From NCBI GenBank assembly GCA_963823665.1, contig CAWGMQ010000004.1, positions 160,001 through 224,000 on the forward strand: a DNA stretch of 64,000 bases. The letters run 5' to 3'. Origin of the DNA: an uncultured Planctomycetota bacterium (GTDB lineage: Bacteria; Planctomycetota; Planctomycetia; Isosphaerales; Isosphaeraceae). Under the pieces are notes generated by a model. It saw only the letters and a program-made list of their open reading frames with translations. It ran no database searches and had not been told where the DNA came from. How positions within the stretch are numbered: position 1 is the first letter of the stretch; each line of letters begins with the position of its first letter. This document shows, piece after piece, positions 31,624-42,070 of the stretch. A program made the position numbers and the translations under genes.

Positions 31624-34494
31624 TTACTTACCAGACGCCCCCCGCCGCGGCTCATACATCAACCGCTTGGGATTGGCTCCCACATTCTCGCGCGTCCGGC
31701 GCCACAAGAAGACCAGCAGTCCCAGGATGGCCGGTGGCAACGGCGGCACGATCGCCGCCGCAAGCCGCACGCGATTTTGAATGCCGCGAATGCGCTGCTC
31801 CGAATCGGTCTTCGCCTCGCGAATCTCGTTCAGCTTCTTGTCTTCGATGTTCCGCTTGGCAACGTCGAGCTTCATGTTCGCTACCTTCTGAATATTCGCG
31901 AGCTGAATCTCCTTCGTCCGCTCGTCCCAGTCCGCGTGCGACTGCACGACGTCCACCTGCTTTTGAAACGCCTGTTGAGCCTGGTCCAGCTCGTCCGTCG
32001 CCATCTGTTCGGCCTGCTTGGTCTTGTCGGCAAGCACCTTGTCAAACTCCTTGACCCGCGCCTCGATCGCCTCGAGCCGCCGGTGCACCGGCCGCTTCCT
32101 CCGCAGCGCAACGAACGACTCATCTCCGGCCAGCACGTCCACGCAGTTCAGCACGAATGAAACATTGTCGAATTCCAGGTCCTCAACCTTGCGCCGGCGC
32201 ATCTCGAAGAATTGCTCGCCGATGAAGTCAAGATCCGCGATTGCAATCACGTTGATCTTCACGGGCGCCGCCGCCTTCGCATCTTTCTTCTTCTCGGCAT
32301 CCTTCTTCTCATCCTCTTTCTTCGCGTCTTTCGATGCGTCGGCAGCCACCTGCCCGGTGACGTGAGCGGCCAGCGTGTAGCTCAAATTACTTCGAACGTG
32401 CCGGCGCCTTGGATTCACACCCGAGAAACCCATGAATCCTTGCATCGCAAAGTCGGACCACGCGATCGTCCCGCCGGTCGGTCCCGTCCGCAACAGCGGC
32501 GTGAACTCCAGCCCCGATCCGACCGCGGCCGACCTGAGCATCCCGGGGAAAAGCGTCACAATCTCCTGCATGCCCGCGCTCGCGCTCTGCTCTTCATTGA
32601 ACGCGTCGTCGGCGCCGCTCCCCGTCCCGATAAACACGATTTCCGGCGTCGCCTGCAGGTCGGCCATCTTCGGATGCGGGTTGTACATGTTCCAGACGAT
32701 CTCGGTAGCCGGCCAGTCGATCCCGCACGCGTCGAGCAACCCTCTCAGATTGCCCTTCGGCTCCGGCGGCTGCCCCCCACCGAACATTCCTCCCGGAGGC
32801 TGCTTCGGCACTTCCGGCGCCAGCGATGGATTACCGTTCATCACCTGCTCGTACGGGAACGGGTCCAGGAAGAGCAGTGCCGCCCCGCCCTTCTTGACGT
32901 AGTCGGTCACCGCGTCGATCTGCCGCTGCGCAAGCGACGACGGCTGCGCAACCAGAAGCACATTCAAGTCAGAAGGAATCGGCGTGTCGGGCGAGACCGA
33001 GCTCACGTCGTACTGCTTCTTGAGCTCCGTCACGATCGACCACTCCGGCGTCTGGCTGAACGACCGCATATCGAGGCCGCCCAGCATCTTGGCGTCGGTC
33101 TGCAAGATTCCCACTTTCTTGCGCCCGCTTCGCGACACCACTCGAATCGACCGCGTCAGCTCATACTCCACCGGTAGGCCGCGGTCGAAGAAGGGAATCA
33201 CCACCTCCTCGGTTCCCGAAGTGAACGCCACCCCCAGGAAAATCTCGGCAGACGCCTGCTTGCCTTGCTCCAGGCTGAACACCCGGTGCGGCTCGATCGC
33301 GAACCGCTTCTCGGCCTGCCGCGCCTCCTCGGAAAACACCTCGGTCGGCACGATGTTCAGCTTGATCTTGCCGCCGCTACGGGCCTGATATTCCCGGAGC
33401 AGCCCCAGTAAATCAGACCGGATCTCGACATACTCCTTCGGCACCACCGGGCTCACAAACGCTTGAATGAGCACAGGCCGATCGGCCGAAATCCCCTTGG
33501 CCAGCTCGATTGATTCGCTCGAAAGCGTGTGCAGCCCTTCCGAGCTGGCATCGGCGCGGATGCCCCACTGGTTCACGATCACCGTCACGCTCGCGATTCC
33601 CAGCACCACCGCGACGATCCGCGCCAGCGAGTGCAGCCAGTGGTTCGTGCTTGCCTCCCCGCCGGCCCAGTGCCGCCGCCCCAGGAGCACCATGTTCAAG
33701 TAGAGCATGGCCATCGCCAGCCCCACGAAGTAAAGGATCCCGTCGAGCGACAACACGCCCGCTCCGAAATCCGCGAACTGCGAGCCGACCGACCACCCCT
33801 CGAACGCCCGCTGCACCGTGTTCTTGAGCGGGGCGGCCATGCCTCCCAGGAATATCGGCACCGCGCAGAACAGCGCCCCCAGGATGAACGCAACCGTCAC
33901 GTTCGCCGATAGCAGCGACGCGACCATCCCGATCGCGATCAACAGCACCCCCATCAGCCAGTAGCCCACATATGTCGCAAACAGCATGCCCAGATCAAGT
34001 GATCCCAGCCAGCCAAAGATCGAGACGTCCGGCGGCGAGGCCACCCACGCCAGCACGAAAACCTGCGGCAGCGAGAACAGAAGCGCCACCGAATAGATCC
34101 CCAGCGCAGCCAGATACTTCCCCAGCACGACGTCAAGGTCGTGTGCCGGCAGAGTCAGCAACAGCTCGTCCGTCCCCTGCCTGCGCTCGTCGGCCCACGT
34201 GTTCATCGTGATCGCCGGAATAAAAAGCAGCAGCAAGTACGGCATGTACGTGTTCAGCTCGTCGAGGTTGGCCTGGTTGTTCGTGAAAAAGATCGCCTGC
34301 CAGAAGGCCACGCACGAGCTCACGAATACAAACAGCGTGATGAACACATACCCCGCGGGGTTGCTGAAGTAGCTCAGGAAATTCCGCTTGAACACCGCCC
34401 CGATCACGTGCAGGCGGCCGCCCCGCAGCCGGCCCCTCACAGGCTTCGAAGCAGCCCGCTCTTCGCTCTTCGCCTTGGTTTCCAGCGTGCTCAC
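31624..34494 (-). CDS. Fused ABC permease (GldF-like) + GldG-like auxiliary component
   Basis: SYFSNPAGYVFI, WADERRQGTDELLLTLP, EYELTRSI, LLFLDP motifs. Confidence 0.85.
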   Translation of the reverse strand: MSTLETKAKSEERAASKPVRGRLRGGRLHVIGAVFKRNFLSYFSNPAGYVFITLFVFVSSCVAFWQAIFFTNNQANLDELNTYMPYLLLLFIPAITMNTWADERRQGTDELLLTLPAHDLDVVLGKYLAALGIYSVALLFSLPQVFVLAWVASPPDVSIFGWLGSLDLGMLFATYVGYWLMGVLLIAIGMVASLLSANVTVAFILGALFCAVPIFLGGMAAPLKNTVQRAFEGWSVGSQFADFGAGVLSLDGILYFVGLAMAMLYLNMVLLGRRHWAGGEASTNHWLHSLARIVAVVLGIASVTVIVNQWGIRADASSEGLHTLSSESIELAKGISADRPVLIQAFVSPVVPKEYVEIRSDLLGLLREYQARSGGKIKLNIVPTEVFSEEARQAEKRFAIEPHRVFSLEQGKQASAEIFLGVAFTSGTEEVVIPFFDRGLPVEYELTRSIRVVSRSGRKKVGILQTDAKMLGGLDMRSFSQTPEWSIVTELKKQYDVSSVSPDTPIPSDLNVLLVAQPSSLAQRQIDAVTDYVKKGGAALLFLDPFPYEQVMNGNPSLAPEVPKQPPGGMFGGGQPPEPKGNLRGLLDACGIDWPATEIVWNMYNPHPKMADLQATPEIVFIGTGSGADDAFNEEQSASAGMQEIVTLFPGMLRSAAVGSGLEFTPLLRTGPTGGTIAWSDFAMQGFMGFSGVNPRRRHVRSNLSYTLAAHVTGQVAADASKDAKKEDEKKDAEKKKDAKAAAPVKINVIAIADLDFIGEQFFEMRRRKVEDLEFDNVSFVLNCVDVLAGDESFVALRRKRPVHRRLEAIEARVKEFDKVLADKTKQAEQMATDELDQAQQAFQKQVDVVQSHADWDERTKEIQLANIQKVANMKLDVAKRNIEDKKLNEIREAKTDSEQRIRGIQNRVRLAAAIVPPLPPAILGLLVFLWRRTRENVGANPKRLMYEPRRGASGK

Positions 34495-34626
34495 CGCTCT
34501 TCACCCCTCAAAAGGTAAACTCGATTCACCCCGGTTGCCCGCTCCAGGATTCAAACCTCGCTAAAGTGGTCAGCCGAGTCCGCCCGACCGCCGATTTCAC
34601 GACCGACAACTGACCACTGACAACCC

Positions 34627-35355
34627 TCAGACTGGCTGAGCCGTCAGATTGTAAAACGTCTGCTCGAGACTTCCGTTCAAACGAGCCATCTCCGCCGGCT
34701 TGCCGTCAAAAACGATCTTGCCATCATGGATGAACAGGATCCGATCGGCGATTGGATCGACCTCCTGAAGAATGTGGGTCGACACCAGAACCGTCTTCGA
34801 CTGGCCCAGATCACGAATCAACTGCCGCATCCCGCGGATCTGATTGGGGTCCAGCCCGCTCGTGGGCTCATCCATGATCAGCACCTCGGGATCGTGCAAC
34901 AGCGCCTGTGCCATGGAAACGCGCTGGCGATATCCTTTCGAAAGCTTGCCGATGGGTTTGTGCGCCACGGTTTCGAGCGCGCACTGCGTGACCACCGCGT
35001 CGATGCGATCGTGCAGCCGCGCAGGCGACATTCCCCGCGCCGACCCGAAAAATCGAAGCAGCCCCATCGGCGTCATGTCGGTGTAAAGCGGCCCGTTTTC
35101 GGGCAGATACCCCAGGTGTTCGGCGGCGGCGATGCGGTCATCTTGGACGTCGATTCCGGCGATTTTCGCCGAGCCGTGTGTGGGCGCGACGAACCCCGTC
35201 AGGAGCCGCATCGTTGTCGTCTTGCCCGCCCCGTTCGGACCGAGGAATGCGACAACCTCCCCCTTGGCGATCGAAAACGTCACATCCCGCACGGCCAGAA
35301 ACGAACCAAACTGCTTGCAAAGGCTATTGGCCTCGATCTTGACGGCCTGTGACAT
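34627..35355 (-). CDS. ABC transporter ATP-binding protein (GldA-like)
   Basis: GPNGAGKTT, LSKGYRQR, DEPTSGLDP. Confidence 0.93.
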   Translation of the reverse strand: MSQAVKIEANSLCKQFGSFLAVRDVTFSIAKGEVVAFLGPNGAGKTTTMRLLTGFVAPTHGSAKIAGIDVQDDRIAAAEHLGYLPENGPLYTDMTPMGLLRFFGSARGMSPARLHDRIDAVVTQCALETVAHKPIGKLSKGYRQRVSMAQALLHDPEVLIMDEPTSGLDPNQIRGMRQLIRDLGQSKTVLVSTHILQEVDPIADRILFIHDGKIVFDGKPAEMARLNGSLEQTFYNLTAQPV

Positions 35356-35682
35356 ACCGTTTCGTTCCTCCGAGTTATCTCCGTTGACACTTCTCTCGCA
35401 CGACCGACCGCGTCAGGCCCAATCCATTTAGAATGGCACGGTTAAGAGGGAACCGGCCGCCCGCCGCAGGTAGACCCTGGTGCGATCAACGAGGCGCGCA
35501 ACCCTCACAAATACCTGTACGAGGATTGGCCGAATGTGTTCATTATGCGCAGACCACCCGAGCGATGCAATCGATCAGTTCAAACCCGCGACCGCCCGAA
35601 TCCAAAATCCAAAATTGATTGTCGCCCGCTTCACCCCAAGTTACGATAGGGAGCCGCGGATGGATCCGGCACGACCCGCGAC

Positions 35683-35756
<74 letters not shown>

Positions 35757-35815
35757 CTTGGCCACAGCGTTCCACCTCCCTCACGGCCGCAGACGTCGCC
35801 TCGTTCGCCGGCGCC

Positions 35816-35870
35816 GAGTTCGTTTTGTATATTTGACGGTGTTCCTTACGCTGTAAGCATTAAGGGAACG
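35816..35870 (+). repeat. 55-bp direct repeat, copy 1
   Basis: 47/55 identical (manual count) to 36526-36580; last 20 nt CTGTAAGCATTAAGGGAACG identical. Confidence 0.85.
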
Positions 35871-36072
35871 GCGCGTCCGTGCCGATCGCTCTGGGCTTCC
35901 CGTCCACGAATTCGGCGACACCGCGCAGACGGGATGAGCAAGCAATGCGCCGCGCCGTCGACCGACGCGGATCAGATGCCTCCGCGCTCCACGCCCACGG
36001 TTGGGTTGGCTTGCTCTGCACAAGTGCAAGAGCGACTTGCGCTTTCGTCCACGTTTTAGGTTCTTCAGTCAT
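35860..36072 (-). pseudogene. Decayed copy of the terminase small-subunit-like gene
   Basis: MTEEPKTWTKAQVALALVQSKPTQPWAWSA vs MSEEPERGTKEQLALAVACGKSVRSWARSA (3255); homologous upstream DNA. Confidence 0.75.
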
Positions 36073-36525
36073 GGATCAAAATGATAACTTTTGATAGCAA
36101 AACAAAGGGCTCTTCCAATCCCGCGCTCGCGGTTCTCAGCCCAAGATGCCTAACCGACAGTCAGCGCTGCCCGCGCACTCTCCCCCGTTAATAATGTGCG
36201 CCCGGTTTTCGAATTTGACCACATTTCGGTCGCGCCTCCCAGGTCTGGTGAAGAGCACAAGTTCAATCGCAAGACGGGATTAACCGCTGTTTTCGAGTAA
36301 AGCATTTACAGGACAGATGAGCCCGTTCAAAGCGCATTGAAAAGCCCCGAGCATCACAGCGAGGATGAGGCTCCCGCCGAGTCGCGTGCGCGAACGAATC
36401 CGACCGAGCAGCACCGATCGACCGATCGATCGAGACAAACGTCCGGGCCCGCCGCCGCATGGCACTCGCCATGGCGGTCGAAACTCTTGCCGACTCGCGC
36501 ACGCGGCCCCTTCAGAACCAGGCCA

Positions 36526-36580
36526 GAGTTCGTTTTGTAGATTCGACGATGCTCGTTTGCCTGTAAGCATTAAGGGAACG
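36526..36580 (+). repeat. 55-bp direct repeat, copy 2
   Basis: See 35816-35870. Confidence 0.85.
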
Positions 36581-36763
36581 ACCCAGCGCCAATGTAGTCC
36601 AATAAACCCACTGAGCCCGACGCCACGACTGATCGCTCCCCCTCCCTCCAGAGAGGGCCAGGGTGAGATTGCTTTCCGCACGCGACCGCAAGTCGCAGAC
36701 ACGCTCTTAGCCAGGCCAGCAGATCGTAGAGCCGTCCAAATCAGAACGAAAAAACTCCTTGGG

Positions 36764-36901
36764 CCTGCGCCACCCATCATCTGCGCCATCCCATTGCGGC
36801 GCTTGACTTTAAGGGTGGCGCAGGAATAACCGGAACCCGCGCAGAATCGCAGTAACTCACTGCTGCGAATCGAGTTGTGGGGTGGCGCAGAGGTGGCGCA
36901 G
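36764..36901. repeat. Iteron-like cluster: five GGTGGCGCAG-type 10-mers in both orientations
   Basis: Reverse copies 36765-36774 and 36781-36790 (1 mismatch); forward 36814-36823, 36881-36890, 36892-36901. Confidence 0.75.
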
Positions 36902-37092
36902 AGGTAACGTGACGGCTGCTCCGCACGGATCGTGATCAAGCGCTCGCCTTCGTCTTTCCGCGCTCCACAGTTACGCAGTTCGATCCGCCGGGTTTGCGTG
37001 TTAAAGAGATGCAGCCCTGCGTCATCTGCGTCATCTGCGTCATTTCTCGACTCTGATTTTCCACATTGGAGCGATCGTTCGGTTGATGCCCG

Positions 37093-37229
37093 CCATATCC
37101 CGAGCCCCGTAGGGGCGACATCGTACGGCCTGGTGGCGTGAGCCCCAGGTCGCGACCAATCGCCCTCCATATCCCGAGCCCCATAGGGGCGACATCGTAC
37201 AGCCTGGTGGCGTGAGCCCCAGGTCGCGA
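37093..37229. repeat. Tandem 74-bp-period REP-like doublet (GCCCCGTAGGGGC / CCTGG..CCAGG hairpins)
   Basis: Copies start at 37093 and 37167. Confidence 0.85.
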
Positions 37230-37247
37230 TTTCGCCCGCGCTGCCGC

Positions 37248-37327
37248 TCATCCTCGACGAAACTCGGGTGACTGACGCTCGAATCAAACAACTGCGGCTG
37301 CCTGCACCGAGACGCACGATCTACTAA
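37248..37327 (+). pseudogene. 3' tail fragment of an LRR cassette gene
   Basis: Near-match to the 3' end of 42071..42655 (VTDAxIKQLRLPAxRxxIY). Confidence 0.7.
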
Positions 37328-37580
37328 GCTGTGGTCTGACGAAAAGGTGCAGCACGAGTTCCGCGACGCAATCGCGCAGGCAAGAACACCAGATGCAAGT
37401 CGATCCATCCGAGCTTCCAAACGCATTTGGATTGAAGAGCGCCGACCATAGCGGTATCGACCCGGAACATTGCATGGAGCCCGACGTGGAACGCGTGGGC
37501 GACGCAGCCTCTGGAGCATTTGGCGACTCAGACGAATTCACGGGAGTTTGGCTGGCAATCGCTTCTCCATACATACTGAC

Positions 37581-37845
37581 ACCAGCTTTACCTTTGCGAC
37601 TTCGCACCTTTGCGTGACCCTCTCTCTCCTTGATATCACTCACTTCAAATACAAATCGCCAGTTCCGATGAGCTCCACGTTGAGTTCATCCTTCCTTTTG
37701 CGCCTTTTTCCCCTTCGCGCCTTTGAGCCCCTCTCCCCGTCTCATCACACAATTCAAACACAAATCGCGCCCCTCCGGGTGTGCTCCGCATTGAGATCAG
37801 CTATCCTTCTGCACCTTTTTCACGTTCGCGCCTTTGCGTGAGCAC
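37581..37845 (+). repeat. Pyrimidine-rich CTT(T/C)GCG..CTTTGCGTGAG repeat array, unit 1
   Basis: Same repeat family at 44442-45030, 50928-51072 and 56985-57095. Confidence 0.8.
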
Positions 37846-37847
37846 CT

Positions 37848-38282
37848 AGGTACACGTCGGCCGAGCTGGCCCGGTTGCTGGCCGTGGAACGGGAGCCGGG
37901 TTGCAAGCTGGCGGTCTCCGTCTTGAATCTCCCGGACCCGGAGGCCGGGCCGAAGCGACGGCCATTGTGCGGGCCGATCCCTTGGAGCTGGTGGCTCCCG
38001 GCCTCCCGGCTCCCGGGGCGGTCTCTCCAGGTTGGCGCCGTCTGTTGGCTCTTGGCGGGTTGGAATCGATCGGCCGAGTTCGAGCTGGTGTTGCATGATC
38101 GGGCCGGGTTCGGCCTCTCCCGGTTCTCGGCCTCCCGCGGCTTGGATACACTGGAGCGGGCCGGGTTGGTTTCTGTTGTGAGACGGCCGGGTCTGTCCCC
38201 GGTCGTGTTGATTCTGGACCCGACGGCTGGGACTGGACGGACACACCCTTTGGAAATCCGAGATGGCGGCGAATTACCATAG
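37848..38282 (+). CDS. Winged-HTH phage/satellite-type protein, copy 1 (5' end replaced by repeat array)
   Basis: GPIPWSWW..ASRLPG.SLQVG..CW, FGLSRFSASRGLDTLERAGLV; three near-identical copies. Confidence 0.6.
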   Translation, partial: RYTSAELARLLAVEREPGCKLAVSVLNLPDPEAGPKRRPLCGPIPWSWWLPASRLPGRSLQVGAVCWLLAGWNRSAEFELVLHDRAGFGLSRFSASRGLDTLERAGLVSVVRRPGLSPVVLILDPTAGTGRTHPLEIRDGGELP

Positions 38283-38335
38283 GAAAAAGGTCATGTGAAA
38301 CGGAAACTTACAAGATTATCTTTGGAGACCCGCCA

Positions 38336-38758
38336 GTGTGGCTGCCGCGAATTCGGTTCAAGCTCCGAAGCTTGATGGTCGCTATAGCCGTGGTTGCGGT
38401 CGCGATCACTGGGGCGCTTTGGGCCTTGAAAATGCGGCGGTTGTCAAAAAACTACGCGAGTGTTGTGCAGCGAGAGAAACAGCTTGAGACGCAATACAAG
38501 CTGTGGCCGGCGCGTTCGAGGCAAAGCGCGGAAGAGTGGGAGCAAAAACGGCCGGATTCGGTAGAGAAGGAATTCTCTTCGTTATCGTCGAAACAGGTGG
38601 CGCTCGGGACAAGCTTAATCTTAGTGTCCACTATTTTCCTATCGATGACACTTTTGGTGGCCTTGATTGCCTACTTACGCAGACCAAAGCGAAAATACTC
38701 GCCCGCCCTAGCCGAGCCCCCCAAACCGAACCAAAGCGGGGAGGCCGGAAGAGTGTAG
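38336..38758 (+). CDS. Variable cargo membrane protein 1 (RFKLRSLM leader + TM)
   Basis: Basic RFxxR leader, two hydrophobic segments; sits between wHTH and MGWKT genes. Confidence 0.65.
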   Translation: MWLPRIRFKLRSLMVAIAVVAVAITGALWALKMRRLSKNYASVVQREKQLETQYKLWPARSRQSAEEWEQKRPDSVEKEFSSLSSKQVALGTSLILVSTIFLSMTLLVALIAYLRRPKRKYSPALAEPPKPNQSGEAGRV

Positions 38759-38765
38759 GTCAAAA

Positions 38766-39068
38766 ATGGGATGGAAAACCATCAACGGACGCCGGTATTA
38801 CTACAAGTCGGAGCGTGAGGGAGGCCGAGTCAAAACCACCTACTTCGGGTCCGGTGAGTCGGGCCTGTTGATCTCGCGAATGGAGGCCATCGATCGGGAG
38901 GAGAAAGACGAATCACGGAATCAGCGTCGGGCCGAGCGGGAGGAATATCGGGCCGAAGAACAGGCCGTTGCGGATTGGTTCGATGACGTCCAGGCCGTGG
39001 CCGATGCGGCGATGATTGCGGCCGGGTTTCACAAGCACAAAGGCCAATGGCGGAGGAGACGGAGATGA
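38766..39068 (+). CDS. Conserved hypothetical 'MGWKTINGRRYYY' protein, copy 1 (intact)
   Basis: Homologues at 45862 and 51868; ATGA overlap with next gene. Confidence 0.75.
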   Translation: MGWKTINGRRYYYKSEREGGRVKTTYFGSGESGLLISRMEAIDREEKDESRNQRRAEREEYRAEEQAVADWFDDVQAVADAAMIAAGFHKHKGQWRRRRR

Positions 39069-39628
39069 ATGACGTTGCTAATGGCGATTCGGGGGCCGTG
39101 GCCGTCTCCAAGCCGAAACCTCCGGCCCCGGGCCAAGAGACTACCGAGCTGTTGAAGCGAGCGACGCGCGGAGAGAAGGGTTGCCTCCCGGAAGTCCGAG
39201 CACTACTCGGCGACGGCGAATATGGAGAAGCGTTGCGAGACTCGAACGGCTCTCAAGCCGAGTGGCTTCGGCGAACCCTCATTGAGAAATCGGCCGGGAA
39301 AAACATTCTCATTCAAGAGGCCGTCACTCAGAAACTCAACACGCTACAGGCCGAGCTGGCCGGACCCAATCCGACGCCGATAGAGCGGTTGCTGGCCGAG
39401 CGGGCCTCCATCTGTTGGTTCATCGTCGATCGATACGAAAACGCTTATGCCAACGCCAACGAATGGACCATCGTCCAATCGGATTTTCAACAACGCAAGA
39501 TCGACAAAGCGCATGCCCCATTCCTCTCGGCTCTCCGGACGTTGGCTCAAGTCCGCAAGCTGGCGTTGCCAACCCTCCAAGTCAACATCGCCAAGAACCA
39601 AGTGAACGTGGCCGGTTCCAACTCATGA
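39065..39628 (+). CDS. Hypothetical helical protein (LAGPNPTPIERLLAER...LQVNIA)
   Basis: Translationally coupled to MGWKT gene; intact ORF. Confidence 0.7.
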   Translation: MNDVANGDSGAVAVSKPKPPAPGQETTELLKRATRGEKGCLPEVRALLGDGEYGEALRDSNGSQAEWLRRTLIEKSAGKNILIQEAVTQKLNTLQAELAGPNPTPIERLLAERASICWFIVDRYENAYANANEWTIVQSDFQQRKIDKAHAPFLSALRTLAQVRKLALPTLQVNIAKNQVNVAGSNS

Positions 39629-39728
39629 AAGAGCCCACACCTCACTCTACCGGGTTGGCATCGACAAGAAGGCGAGTTTCCCGTAAATGTCATCATGGCG
39701 GGTTCCGGTAGACGATGACGTTGGCGAT

Positions 39729-39796
39729 CCGTCCCCGGGGTCAGACCGAGTTTCATCCCCGGGGTCAGACCGTCCCCGGGGTCAGACCGAGTTTCA
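39729..39796. repeat. Triplicated CCCCGGGGTCAGACC motif
   Basis: Three direct copies; region replaces the normal start of the first LRR gene. Confidence 0.75.
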
Positions 39797-39875
39797 AGTG
39801 ATTTGCTTCCCCGTCCCCAAGGTTCAGACCTCGTCGAGTGAATTGGAAGCCGACTTCCGAGGAGGAAACTACCGG

Positions 39876-40598
39876 CAAGCCAAACCCGTCTCCCGTCCCT
39901 GGCGAAGATTCCTGCGCTTCAGCGTGCGGGGGATGATCGTACTTGTGCTGGTGATCGGTGGGTGGCTCGGGTGGATTGTGCGGAGTGCTCGAATCCAGCG
40001 CGAGGCGGTCGCGGCGATTGAGAACGCTGGAGGCCGGGTTGCTTATGACTGGGAGTGGAGCAACGGGAATCATTTTCCAGGAGGAAAACCCTGGGGGCCA
40101 GGATGGCTCGTGGATCTCATCGGACTCGACTACTTCGGGCACGTCACCTTGGTAGTCATCAACTTCTCCCCAAAGGTATCGGTTGCAACGACCGAACAGA
40201 TCGGGCGGCTCACCCGACTCGAGTGTCTGAATCTTACTGGGTCATCCGCTGGCGACGCCGAGCTCGCGCATGTCCAGGCACTGACCAACCTCCGGTTTCT
40301 CCTGCTCGGCGACACCCAGGTCACCGACTCCGGGCTGGTGCATCTAAAGGGGATCGCCAACCTATCCTTGCTTAGCCTCTATCGCACACAAGTCACTGAC
40401 GCAGGGCTGGCCCAACTGAAGGGGCTTACCAACCTGACGGGCCTCAACCTTAACGGCACTCAGGTCACAGACGTAGGGCTCGCGCAACTGAAGGGGCTTA
40501 CCAACCTCAACGTCCTCGCCCTTGATGGCACTCCGGTCACGGATGCAGGGATCTTTGAGCTAAAGCAGACGCCGCGGAGCGTGAGGATCGTCCGTTAA
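39876..40598 (+). CDS. LRR cassette 1: constant leader/TM + N-cap + 5 LRRs (native start lost)
   Basis: QAKPVSRPWRRFLRFSVRG leader, GKPWGPGWLVDLIGLDYFGHV cap, 24-aa LxxLxLxxTxVTDAGLxxL repeats. Confidence 0.8.
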   Translation, partial: QAKPVSRPWRRFLRFSVRGMIVLVLVIGGWLGWIVRSARIQREAVAAIENAGGRVAYDWEWSNGNHFPGGKPWGPGWLVDLIGLDYFGHVTLVVINFSPKVSVATTEQIGRLTRLECLNLTGSSAGDAELAHVQALTNLRFLLLGDTQVTDSGLVHLKGIANLSLLSLYRTQVTDAGLAQLKGLTNLTGLNLNGTQVTDVGLAQLKGLTNLNVLALDGTPVTDAGIFELKQTPRSVRIVR

Positions 40599-40621
40599 TT
40601 TGATGCTCATCCTGCCGGCAG

Positions 40622-40748
40622 GGAACCGTCCCCGTCGCATCGCGAGGAATCGGTCGCGGATCGATGACCCTCCTGGAACGAGCCGCGTGCGGGCCGTTAT
40701 GATAAATCGAGCGAACAGACATCGGTCCTCCGCTCACTACAGGCCGGC
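40622..40748 (+). promoter_or_regulatory. Conserved inter-cassette element A (-35 degenerate, TATGAT at 40698)
   Basis: Homologous to elements at 42675, 43570, 48493, 50197, 55751. Confidence 0.75.
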
Positions 40749-41899
40749 ATGAACGATCAAGCCAACACGGTCCCACGTCCCCGACGAAGATTCCTGCGCT
40801 TCAGCGTTCGGGGGCTGATCGTTCTGGTGCTGGTGATCGGCGGTTGGTCCGGCTGGACTGTGAGGATGCCCGCATTCAGCGCGAGGCGGTGGCGGCGATT
40901 ACGAAAGCCGGAGGCGGAGTTTCGTACTGCTGGGAACGGAAAGACGGCGCAGATATCCGGAGCGGAAAACCTTGGGCGCCGCGGTGGATCGTGGATCGCG
41001 TCGGAGTCGACTACTTCGGTCCCGTTACCAACGCACGTGTGGTCGCCTCCGATGCAACGCTCGCACGGGTTGGACGTCTCACCGAGCTACAGCGTTTGAA
41101 TCTGATTGGTTCTTCCACTAGCGATTCCGGGATGGCACACCTCTCCGGATTGACCAAACTGTCTGTCCTCGACCTGGACGACACTCAGATCACCGATGCC
41201 GGCCTGGCACATCTGAAGGGACTGACTGGCCTCTCCTGCATTGGTGTAGGCGAGACGCAGATCACCGACGCCGGGCTGAGAGGTCTAGAGCCCTTGACCG
41301 AACTCGCGCGGCTCCGCGTCCGCGGGACCAAGATTACCGACACCGGCGTAGGGCATCTGAGGAAATTGACCAAACTTTCCGAACTCGACGTCAGCTACAC
41401 GAAGGTCACCGACGCAGGAATGGCTCATCTGAAGGGGTTGACCAATCTCACGGAACTCAATCTCAGCGGCACTCAGGTCACCGACGCAGGACTTGTCCAT
41501 CTGACCGGGTTGAACAAACTTTCAGACCTGAGCCTCTTTGACGCCGAGATCACCGACGCTGGCCTGGCTCACCTTAGCGGTTTAACTAACCTCAGGAAAC
41601 TCAACCTCGAGGCCACTGGGGTGACGGATCGGGGCTTGGCTCACGTGAACGGGCTCCGCGACCTCTCGAAACTGAACATCAGCTTTACGCATGTCACCGA
41701 CGCGGGATTGGCGCATTTGAAGTGGATGACCAATCTTGAGCGCTTGGACGTCAGCGATACCCGGGTCACCGACGCTGGTCTCGTGCATCTGAAGGGGCTC
41801 AGAAAGCTCTCAGAACTCACTCTTTACGGCACCCGCGTCACCGACGATGGAATAAAACACTTAAAGCAAGCTTTGCCGAGTCTGACGATCACTCGTTGA
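40749..41899 (+). CDS. LRR cassette 2: 11 LRRs (frameshift ~40865)
   Basis: Leader in ORF 40749, cap and 11 repeats in ORF 40844..41899, ALPSLTI C-cap. Confidence 0.85.
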
Positions 41900-42070
41900 T
41901 CCGATGCGCATCTTGCCGGCCTGCATCGCCAGTCTAACTCCTCGACCTTCCATTCGGAGTCTCACCTGGGGGCCGCGCTGGCCTCCAATATGCGAGTCCG
42001 GTGATCATTAGCGTGGGCTGATATACTAACCGAAATGGAGCTACCGACCTACCGCTCGCCGGACGCCGGC

